From Flavobacteriales bacterium (GTDB taxonomy: Bacteria; Bacteroidota; Bacteroidia; Flavobacteriales_D; Crocinitomicaceae), in NCBI GenBank assembly GCA_013373595.1, contig JABXHO010000001.1, forward strand, positions 4,919-68,918: a stretch of DNA of 64,000 bases, read 5' to 3'. The notes under the pieces were generated by a model. That model made no database searches. It was not told the DNA's origin and saw only the letters and a program-made list of their open reading frames with translations. A program made the position numbers and the translations under genes. How positions within the stretch are numbered: the first letter of the stretch is position 1; each line of letters opens with the position of its first letter. Shown here piece by piece: positions 57,450-64,000 of the stretch.

Positions 57450-58877
57450 CTACATCGGTAGCTCAATAATGAAGCGTGTTCCTACATCGAGTTCACTTTT
57501 CACATCAACAAGCGCGTCATGAGCGCGGAGTATGCTAAAGGTATTCGACATTCCTAATCCCAAACCTCCTTGTTTGCTGCTAAAAAACGGAGTGAAGAGA
57601 TTTTTTCGCATTTCGTCCGACATTCCGACACCATTATCTTCAATGGCAACTCTCACGTGTTTTGGTGTGGTTGATACAGAAATGCAAAGTTGAGGATCTT
57701 CCCGACATTCAAGTGCCTCGATCGCATTAATGAGAATATTCGTAAATGCAATGACAATTTTCTGGTTGTCAATGAGGAGTTTCGTTTCCGAATCCAATCC
57801 CTTCGAAGTAAAATTAATTTGCTTCAAGGTAATGCGATCCGAACATGAATCGATGGCTTCAGCAACGGATTGTTCAATGGGGTACATTTCTTTGATGGGC
57901 TCATCTGTCCGTGCATTTTTCAAGAAATTATCGATGAGCGAGGAAATACGTGAGGATCCGCGATGAATCATTTCTAACATTTCCATCGAATCTTCATCGC
58001 CTTCGCATTCTTGTTTCAATTCTTCTGCCGCTAAGAAAATATTGGTAAGTGGATTACGAATTTCGTGACCAATAATGCGAGCCATTCTATGAATCATCTG
58101 AAGTTTATCGTTCTCAGCAAGCTTTAATTGAGCCTTTTCAAGGTCTGTAACATCGTGAATAACACCGATAAATTCGGTTTCATCGATTTCGGCTCGAACA
58201 GGGGAGAGAGACAAGTACGCGATGATATCATCTCCTTTGCTGTTTGTGATTTTGACTTTTTTAGCACGCCGTTCTTTCGGTGAGGATAAATGTTCAAAGA
58301 TTTCTTCTTCCGATTCATTTTTAAACACGTCCTTAAAGTCAAATTCTTCCAGATTTTTGATGCCAAAAAGTTCGCGGAAACTCTGATTACATTCGAGTAC
58401 CTTAAAGTGCTCGTTAATCGTGAAAGTAGCTTCGAGACTCGAATAGAACAGCTTGCTATATTTTTCTTCTTGCGCTTTCAGTTGCAAGTTGATATCGTTG
58501 TGCTCAATGGCATGTCGAATCGCATTGCTTAGAACGGAAGTACTGAAATTCTTTCGAAGAACATACTCATTGATGTTTTCTTTTTCCCAAAATTCTTCAT
58601 TCGGAAAATCGTTACAAATAAGAATGATGGCCGTGTGTCTTATTTTCTTTTGAAGTTGCCCTAAGAAATCCTCGCCAATCCCATTCGTCAATTCTGTACA
58701 CAAAAAACAAACATCCATTGCTTCTCGATGAAAAATTGAAATGGCTTCTTCTTGAGAATAGGCGGGGAAAAGTTTCAGGTTAAAATCACTGATACTATCA
58801 AGATGATGTTTCAGCTTGTTGAAATTACTTTTACTTCGCTCAACAATTAGGACGTTCAAATTTTGGTTCTGATCCAT
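57450..58877 (-). CDS. sensor histidine kinase with degenerate N-terminal receiver-like domain and PAS domain
   Basis: H-box HEIRNPL, N/G1/G2 boxes (DNGVGM, GLGLGM), and a PAS-like region. No TM helices seen. Confidence 0.85.
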   Translation of the reverse strand: MDQNQNLNVLIVERSKSNFNKLKHHLDSISDFNLKLFPAYSQEEAISIFHREAMDVCFLCTELTNGIGEDFLGQLQKKIRHTAIILICNDFPNEEFWEKENINEYVLRKNFSTSVLSNAIRHAIEHNDINLQLKAQEEKYSKLFYSSLEATFTINEHFKVLECNQSFRELFGIKNLEEFDFKDVFKNESEEEIFEHLSSPKERRAKKVKITNSKGDDIIAYLSLSPVRAEIDETEFIGVIHDVTDLEKAQLKLAENDKLQMIHRMARIIGHEIRNPLTNIFLAAEELKQECEGDEDSMEMLEMIHRGSSRISSLIDNFLKNARTDEPIKEMYPIEQSVAEAIDSCSDRITLKQINFTSKGLDSETKLLIDNQKIVIAFTNILINAIEALECREDPQLCISVSTTPKHVRVAIEDNGVGMSDEMRKNLFTPFFSSKQGGLGLGMSNTFSILRAHDALVDVKSELDVGTRFIIELPM

Positions 58878-58948
58878 ATCAGGAATTTTGGTTTATGACT
58901 TCACCGAAAACAAGTGTTGAGCAAACTTACTCATTAATTGTCCCATTG

Positions 58949-58968
58949 CTACACACTTTAATGTGTAG
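58949..58968. promoter_or_regulatory. inverted repeat CTACACA-N6-TGTGTAG, candidate activator (UAS) site
   Basis: Perfect 7-bp arms centred about 84 bp upstream of the -24 GG at 59043. Confidence 0.3.
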
Positions 58969-59041
58969 AATTTCCCCAGAAAGAAGGTTTTTTTAATGAG
59001 TTGTTTATTTAATCGACTGTTTTATAGTTGTTTATTCTTTT

Positions 59042-59057
59042 TGGAGTCTCTTTTGCT
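59042..59057 (+). promoter_or_regulatory. candidate sigma-54 (-24/-12) promoter TGGAGT-N5-TTGCT
   Basis: TGGAGTCTCTTTTGCT has GG and GC at the canonical 12-nt register. It ends 38 nt upstream of the ytxH-like ATG. Confidence 0.4.
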
Positions 59058-59094
59058 ATATAGAAGTCAGTATTAATTAAAAACAAAAGTAATA

Positions 59095-59385
59095 ATGGAA
59101 AAGAGCACAAGAAATTTATTAATAGCAGGAGTAAGCGGATTAGCAGTAGGAGCAACATTGGGTGTATTATTTGCCCCAGCCGAAGGAAAGAAAACACGAG
59201 CAAAGCTTAGAGAGAAAGCAAGCGATTTAGCGGATAGCGTTTCGAAGAAGGCAGAAAGTCCACAAGACATGTTCGCTGAAATCAAGCACAAATTGGACAC
59301 GTCATTAACCAACGGAAAATCGGAATTGAAAGATGAATTGATTGAGCAAATCGAGGAGTTGGAGGCGTCATTAAAAAAAGCATAG
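59095..59385 (+). CDS. YtxH domain protein
   Basis: N-terminal TM plus helical region: LLIAGVSGLAVGATLGVLFAPAEGKKTRAKLREKA. Confidence 0.8.
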   Translation: MEKSTRNLLIAGVSGLAVGATLGVLFAPAEGKKTRAKLREKASDLADSVSKKAESPQDMFAEIKHKLDTSLTNGKSELKDELIEQIEELEASLKKA

Positions 59386-59386
59386 A

Positions 59387-59740
59387 ATGAAATTGAACGA
59401 TCAAATAGAAGGAGCTGTAAAAGAACTCGAAGGATATGTGGAGGCTCGAATAGAGCATACGCGATTGGAGACGGTAGAAAAAGCTACCAATACCTTGTCA
59501 ACCGTTCTCGGATGGATAGGAATTGCAGCGATTGCATTTGTCTTTACGCTGTTAGTAACAGTTATGGCAATTGTTCTACTTGAGCAATTAACAGGAGGTT
59601 TTTTAACTGCCATTTTAATTGTTTCAAGCTTCTATTTGATCCTGCTTATTCTGATGTCGAAGTTCCGTGAAAAAATTCTTATCGTGCACATCAAAAACAT
59701 GATTCTTGGAATTTATTTAAAGGATGAAAACCAAAAGTAA
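59387..59740 (+). CDS. Holin-X/DUF1469-like two-TM membrane protein
   Basis: 117 aa with an amphipathic N-terminus and then two TM helices. It usually accompanies YtxH genes. Confidence 0.55.
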   Translation: MKLNDQIEGAVKELEGYVEARIEHTRLETVEKATNTLSTVLGWIGIAAIAFVFTLLVTVMAIVLLEQLTGGFLTAILIVSSFYLILLILMSKFREKILIVHIKNMILGIYLKDENQK

Positions 59741-59741
59741 A

Positions 59742-59951
59742 ATGAATAATATAGAACGTTTACAAAAGCTGAAGGAGCTAGCCCAATTGAAGGCAGAGCT
59801 CCACAAGAAAAATGCGCTTGGTTATCTTCCATGGAACAGAAATTCAGGAGACGAAGAAACTTGGAGTAAGGTGTTTCGCTACGGAGAAATTGGATATTCG
59901 GTTTTCCAATTCTTCAAAAATGCGAGCGACACGCAAGAAACACCGGAGTAA
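59742..59951 (+). CDS. hypothetical small protein
   Basis: 69 aa from the ATG at 59742 (an alternative ATG at 59724 overlaps the upstream gene). Helical and charged. Confidence 0.4.
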   Translation: MNNIERLQKLKELAQLKAELHKKNALGYLPWNRNSGDEETWSKVFRYGEIGYSVFQFFKNASDTQETPE

Positions 59952-59957
59952 TAATAC

Positions 59958-60983
59958 ATGATAAAGAAAAAAACATATCGCACGATCATTTTATGCGCCT
60001 TACTAGCTGTAACGATCTATCATACGAAAGCCATTTCGATGACAATTATCTTCAGTGCTTTGGCAGCAATGATCTTGCACCCGCTAGTGCAAAAGCTAGA
60101 GGAAAAAGGGGCTAGCTTGCCTTTGGCCAGTATAGTGGTTGTAGTGGGAATAAGTATCGTATTGGCCTCAATTTTTGGCTTTTTAGGATACGAAGGCACT
60201 AAAATTGTTGCCAACTTACCTTCCGACAAAGTCGAGACGACCATTGAGGACCCAGCAGAAGTTATTAACGAGCAGACCAATATCGACCTTAGTAAGTATC
60301 CCGAACAGATCGATGATATTCTGAATAAGGCGAAAAAAGCGGCAACAAAATTTGCAATCTCAGGGATTTCAAGTTTGAATGCAACCATCACTTTCTTAGT
60401 GAGTTGTCCGATCTTTATTTTCTTTATGCTCATCAGTAGATGTCAGTTGAGAAAGTTTTATTATCTCAGTTTTCGAAAAAAGAACCGACACATTGCCAAC
60501 CGCATTCTAGAGCAAATCTCGCTGGTGTATTCGCGATATGTTCGAGGCATGGTATACGTCATGTGTATCGTGGCAGTTTTAACAGGTCTTGGATTGTATT
60601 TGCTAGGCATTCAGCATGCGATCTACCTAGGACTGTTGGCTGGTTTCCTTACAATAATCCCATATTTTGGTATCTTTGTAAGTGCGGCAGTTCCCGTATT
60701 CATTGCGTTAATGACAAAAGATAGTTTGTGGTACGCAGCGGGCGTTATTGGCGTATTTATTGTAGTACAATTTTTGGAAGGAAACCTAATCACGCCAAAG
60801 ATAATGGGAGAACAGGTTGGACTGAATCCGCTGGTAGTTATCATAAGTATTATTATTTTTGGGGCTATAGGTGGAATATTAGGGATGGTTTTGACGATTC
60901 CAATTTTGGCACTTTTGAAGATTGTCGCATACTACATCCCAGGGTGGAAGCCCTTCAGACACTTATTAAAATCAAATAAATAG
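59958..60983 (+). CDS. AI-2E family transporter (PerM-like)
   Basis: 341 aa and polytopic, with the C-terminal conserved region FLEGNLITPKIMG...LNPLVVIISI. Confidence 0.85.
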   Translation: MIKKKTYRTIILCALLAVTIYHTKAISMTIIFSALAAMILHPLVQKLEEKGASLPLASIVVVVGISIVLASIFGFLGYEGTKIVANLPSDKVETTIEDPAEVINEQTNIDLSKYPEQIDDILNKAKKAATKFAISGISSLNATITFLVSCPIFIFFMLISRCQLRKFYYLSFRKKNRHIANRILEQISLVYSRYVRGMVYVMCIVAVLTGLGLYLLGIQHAIYLGLLAGFLTIIPYFGIFVSAAVPVFIALMTKDSLWYAAGVIGVFIVVQFLEGNLITPKIMGEQVGLNPLVVIISIIIFGAIGGILGMVLTIPILALLKIVAYYIPGWKPFRHLLKSNK

Positions 60984-61005
60984 AGGAGAGTGAAATAGAG
61001 GAAAA

Positions 61006-61383
61006 ATGGAAAAAACAGACTTAGAACATATCTTAATAGTAGATGATGAGAAGGATATTTGCCTTTTAGTGCGAAGTATTTTGAAGCGGAAAACGGCAGC
61101 CAAGATTGATGTTGCATATTCGGTTTCAGAAGGAAAAGAAAAACTGCATCAGGTAGATTATGACCTTGTATTCTTTGATGTTCGTCTGCGTGATGGAAGT
61201 GGAATTGATTTGGTAAAGGAAGTACAATCGGAATTTAACGAACCACCATATATCGCGATGATTAGTGCGTACACATCGAAAATTGATATGGATCTTATCG
61301 ATGAGTTAAATGTGAACGAATTTATTCCAAAACCTCTCTCTTCAGAGAAAATCATCAATTGCTACCTCGCTGCATCTGCGTAA
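61006..61383 (+). CDS. single-domain response regulator (receiver only)
   Basis: ILIVDDEKD, the phospho-acceptor context DLVFFDVRL, and a conserved K in IPKPL. Confidence 0.85.
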   Translation: MEKTDLEHILIVDDEKDICLLVRSILKRKTAAKIDVAYSVSEGKEKLHQVDYDLVFFDVRLRDGSGIDLVKEVQSEFNEPPYIAMISAYTSKIDMDLIDELNVNEFIPKPLSSEKIINCYLAASA

Positions 61384-61417
61384 ATTATTATTTTAGTCCT
61401 GAACTAAAAGTAGTTGA

Positions 61418-62803
61418 ATGGCTAAAATTCTTGTAATTGACGATGATCTAGATATTTGCGTTCTTTTGAAGCGCTTTCTCAAGCGGAATAATTTCGAAGT
61501 GGAGATCGCACATTCTGGTAAAAAAGGTCTAGCTGCACAAAAAAAAGATGCGTTTGATGTTGTGCTGTGTGATTATCGCCTTCCTGATATGGATGGGCTC
61601 GAAATGATTCCTGCACTCAAACAAAATGATCCAGATTCTGAGATTATTGTAATTACGGGCTATTCAGATGTCCGATTGGCCGTAAAAGTGATGAAAATGG
61701 GAGCGTTTGAATACGTAACCAAACCCATTCATCAAGAAGAAATCCTCGCTAATGTCAAAAAAGCGATCGAAAAGCGAAATAGTAAGTCGGAATCTTCGAG
61801 CAAATCAACTACCAAAAGTAAAAAATCATCAACCAAACCGGCACCCAAAAGTAAGTACATCGAGGGAACAGGAGTACAAGCTCAACGCCTTCGAAAATTA
61901 ATATCTCTCGTAGCACCAACCGATATGACCGTTGTCATTACTGGCGAAAGCGGTACAGGAAAGGAAGTTACAGCAACACACATACATGAGGCAAGCAAGC
62001 GAAGTGATCAACCTATGGTCGCAGTCGATTGCGGGGCATTACCCAAAGAGTTGGCAGGTAGTATCTTATTTGGTCATTTAAAAGGATCATTTACCGGTGC
62101 ACTTAACGATAAAATTGGTCATTTCGAAGCGGCCAACGGAGGTACACTCTTCTTAGACGAGGTCGGAAACCTCAGTTACGAAAATCAAATTAAACTTTTA
62201 CGGGTATTGCAAGAGCGAAAAATTCAACGAATCGGCGAATCCAAGTCGAAAAACGTTGACGTTCGTATCATAGCAGCTACCAATGAAGATCTCAAAGCGA
62301 TGGTGCAGGAAGGAAAGTTCCGTGAAGACTTATATTATCGTTTGAATGAATTCAGTGTTGAATTACCCAGTTTGAGAGAGCGAAAGCAAGATATAGTTGA
62401 AATCGCAACGTTCTTCATGCAGGAGGCTGCAGGTGAGTTTGAAAAAGAAGTCAATCAAATTGATGATAACGTAATCGCTGCTTTTGAAAATTATTCGTGG
62501 CCAGGAAACATTCGTGAACTGAAAAACATAATGAAACGGGCAACACTTTTGGCAAGCGAACAGTTAATTGACCTTAATACGATCCCAGTTGAGATTCAAA
62601 ATCCTGCTTTGTACGAATTTGATGAAGGTGATGATTCGGAGATCCTAGAATTGAGAAAGGTGACGGAAAGAGCGGAAAAGAAAGCCATTCTTCAGGCACT
62701 CAAGAAAACGGGCATGAATAAGAGTAAGACCGCTGAACTCCTCAAAGTTGATCGGAAAACACTGTACAACAAGATAAATTCATTCGGAATAGATCTATCG
62801 TAA
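61418..62803 (+). CDS. sigma-54-dependent Fis-family response regulator (NtrC-like enhancer-binding protein)
   Basis: Receiver (VLCDYRLPDMDG), AAA+ domain with GESGTGKE and GTLFLDEV, the sigma-54 contact loop GSFTGA (GAFTGA variant), and a C-terminal Fis-type HTH. Confidence 0.9.
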   Translation: MAKILVIDDDLDICVLLKRFLKRNNFEVEIAHSGKKGLAAQKKDAFDVVLCDYRLPDMDGLEMIPALKQNDPDSEIIVITGYSDVRLAVKVMKMGAFEYVTKPIHQEEILANVKKAIEKRNSKSESSSKSTTKSKKSSTKPAPKSKYIEGTGVQAQRLRKLISLVAPTDMTVVITGESGTGKEVTATHIHEASKRSDQPMVAVDCGALPKELAGSILFGHLKGSFTGALNDKIGHFEAANGGTLFLDEVGNLSYENQIKLLRVLQERKIQRIGESKSKNVDVRIIAATNEDLKAMVQEGKFREDLYYRLNEFSVELPSLRERKQDIVEIATFFMQEAAGEFEKEVNQIDDNVIAAFENYSWPGNIRELKNIMKRATLLASEQLIDLNTIPVEIQNPALYEFDEGDDSEILELRKVTERAEKKAILQALKKTGMNKSKTAELLKVDRKTLYNKINSFGIDLS

Positions 62804-62825
62804 CCCCAACATTTTATTAGTGAAC

Positions 62826-62856
62826 ACTAAGGATGGAACGGTATGTTCTCCTTAGT
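62826..62856 (+). terminator. hairpin after the activator gene (ACTAAGGA...TCCTTAGT)
   Basis: Perfect 8-bp stem with an inner GAAC/GTTC stem. A second small hairpin with a T-rich loop follows at 62871-62888. Confidence 0.4.
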
Positions 62857-63057
62857 CAAATTCTATTAACAGCTTTTTTTCTGTTGATGACCCTCGCGTG
62901 CTTCATATTTTGTGCTGGAGCAGAATGAACCAATGGGGACTTTGTGGTACAATGTACGCACGCATGGGGAAGGATATCCACAATCTTATGGATGTAGTGG
63001 TAAGTTGAAAATTCTTAACTGTCTGATTGTGAGCGGTTATATGTTTTTTTGTCGCCG

Positions 63058-63073
63058 TGGCAGGAATCATGCA
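63058..63073 (+). promoter_or_regulatory. candidate sigma-54 (-24/-12) promoter TGGCAG-N5-ATGCA
   Basis: TGGCAGGAATCATGCA has GG/GC at the canonical register. It ends 38 nt upstream of the lipoprotein ATG at 63111. Confidence 0.45.
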
Positions 63074-63110
63074 TATACTCTGGCAGAACACAAAAACAAA
63101 AAAAAGCAAT

Positions 63111-63536
63111 ATGAATTTTACAAGAACAATCGGGGTCATGACATTATTAACAGCAACATTATTAGGAAGTTGTCAGAAATATGAAGATGGACCAGCAGTT
63201 AGTTTAACACCGCGTGAAGATCGAGTAGCCAATACATGGATTATCGCTTACGCTGAAGAGAATGGAGAAAATGTATCTGACGATTTTGATCAATACGAAT
63301 TGTACCTAACAACGGATCGTGATGCAACACTAACAGCAAGTTACACGGCCTTCGGTACAGATTTCAATACAACAACGAACGGAACATGGAATTTCACAAA
63401 TGATGAAGAGAATCTTCGCGTCGACTATGAAGATGACGAGCAAGATAACGAGTTCCGCATTTTAAGATTGAAAAGCGACGAGCTGTGGTTGAAAGATACC
63501 GATCAAGATCTTGAGTTGCACTTGCTACCAAAATAG
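63111..63536 (+). CDS. small lipoprotein, lipocalin-like domain
   Basis: Lipobox LLGSC. The mature part reads YEDGPAVSL...VANTW...GTWNF...FRILRLKSDELWL. The internal ATG at 63111 is preferred over the ORF-track start at 63057. Confidence 0.65.
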   Translation: MNFTRTIGVMTLLTATLLGSCQKYEDGPAVSLTPREDRVANTWIIAYAEENGENVSDDFDQYELYLTTDRDATLTASYTAFGTDFNTTTNGTWNFTNDEENLRVDYEDDEQDNEFRILRLKSDELWLKDTDQDLELHLLPK

Positions 63537-63602
63537 TCAATTGACTTCCAATAAGACTCCCAAAATATTCAATAAAACATTAAATAATTAAAAATCAAAC
63601 AC

Positions 63603-64000
63603 ATGAAATTTTCAAAAACAAACGTAAAAACACTTTTTTTCACAGGTCTATTATCTATTTTGGTTGTATTGCCATCATGCTCGAAATATGAAGAAGGTCC
63701 AGCAGTCAGCCTAAGAACGAAAAAAGCACGTGTAGCGAATACATGGGAGGTAGAAAAGGCGTACAGAAATAATGAGGAAGTAACCGACGATTACGATGAG
63801 TACACACTCAAAACGACAAAAGATGGTGATGCAGAATTGGCTGCGCTCTACTCTGCAGGAAGCTTCTCTTTCGAGTATGATACACAAGGAACATGGGACT
63901 TTGCAGATGACAAAGAATCATTAATGCTCGACTTCGAAGATGACGCAGCGGACAGAAACTACCAAATCTTACGTTTAACAAATGATGAAATGTGGTTGAG
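63603..64000 (+). CDS. paralogous small lipoprotein, lipocalin-like domain (3' end outside window)
   Basis: My own translation reads MKFSKTNVKTLFFTGLLSILVVLPSCSKYEEGPAVSLRTKKARVANTWEV...YQILRLTNDEMWL, roughly 45 percent identical by eye to the preceding gene. It is not in the ORF track because no stop lies inside the window. Confidence 0.65.
   Translation, partial: MKFSKTNVKTLFFTGLLSILVVLPSCSKYEEGPAVSLRTKKARVANTWEVEKAYRNNEEVTDDYDEYTLKTTKDGDAELAALYSAGSFSFEYDTQGTWDFADDKESLMLDFEDDAADRNYQILRLTNDEMWL

Noticed and set aside
59387-59740. Holin-like membrane protein, considered as a prophage remnant.
   Set aside because: There are no phage structural, lysis or integrase genes nearby. This small protein typically accompanies YtxH genes in a stress-type cluster.
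62903-63184. Two overlapping ORFs (78 aa minus strand, 90 aa plus strand with a GTG start) in the activator-lipoprotein spacer.
   Set aside because: They overlap each other and the lipoprotein signal peptide, have implausible composition, and have no promoter or homology cues. The spacer is better explained as a control region.
1-64000. Scan of spacers for CRISPR arrays, tRNA/rRNA/tmRNA genes, IS elements, integrases, reverse transcriptases and recognisable defence-system genes.
   Set aside because: I could recognise none by eye. The intergenic regions are short (mostly under 100 bp), and the longer ones (15880-16171, 51761-52134, 58878-59094, 62804-63110) lack repeat-spacer periodicity or cloverleaf-like sequence. 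A proper covariance-model or HMM scan is still needed.

Overview
This is a 64-kb chromosomal window that looks like Bacteroidota, probably Flavobacteriia-like. The signs are T9SS type A and type B C-terminal sorting domains, a fused CcoN/CcoO, a fused SecDF, an S16 with an acidic tail, and TAnnTTTG -7 promoter boxes. All calls come from reading the sequence and the ORF track by eye; nothing was searched or computed.

I call about 57 protein-coding genes. I saw no rRNA, tRNA, CRISPR array, transposase or integrase.

Gene content from left to right:
- 1-3918: a partial cysteine desulfurase and a few secreted or hypothetical proteins.
- 3994-15356: a complete oxygen-respiration cluster. An FNR-like regulator sits divergent from hemN-ccoI, followed by ccoS-ccoNO-ccoQ-ccoP-ccoG-ccoH and a DsbD_2-type membrane protein.
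- 15466-18246: a DUF983 protein, an aminotransferase and a VanX-like dipeptidase.
- 18285-24702: a DtxR-family regulator divergent from a TonB-dependent receptor, which is followed by an orphan 1087-aa protein combining HhH, metzincin and beta-helix parts.
- 24704-35391: several peptidases (M1, M28, S9), small enzymes and outer-membrane-type hypotheticals.
- 35583-37420: rpsP, rimM and a tRNA methyltransferase.
- 37409-43716: thioredoxin-like genes (one apparently frameshifted), a fused 2-oxoacid dehydrogenase E1 alpha/beta, and an LVIVD/choice-of-anchor-B surface protein.
- 43789-51760: a small glycosyltransferase/gmhB group and secDF.
- 52135-57428: a T9SS type-B adhesin, a DnaQ/GIY-YIG nuclease and a hydrolase.
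- 57450-64000: a two-component, sigma-54 activator cluster.

I did not find an unambiguous new multi-gene system. The best leads are:
1. A perfect 20-bp direct repeat brackets the adhesin gene. Its right copy overlaps the stop codon of the neighbouring nuclease gene.
2. The 1087-aa orphan protein sits downstream of a receptor whose promoter region carries a DtxR-type box.
3. Two -24/-12 (sigma-54-like) promoter candidates with identical geometry flank an operon that itself encodes the sigma-54 activator.
4. A thioredoxin-like gene is split by a frameshift.
5. A shared 14-mer CRP/FNR-type box lies in front of both cco transcription units.
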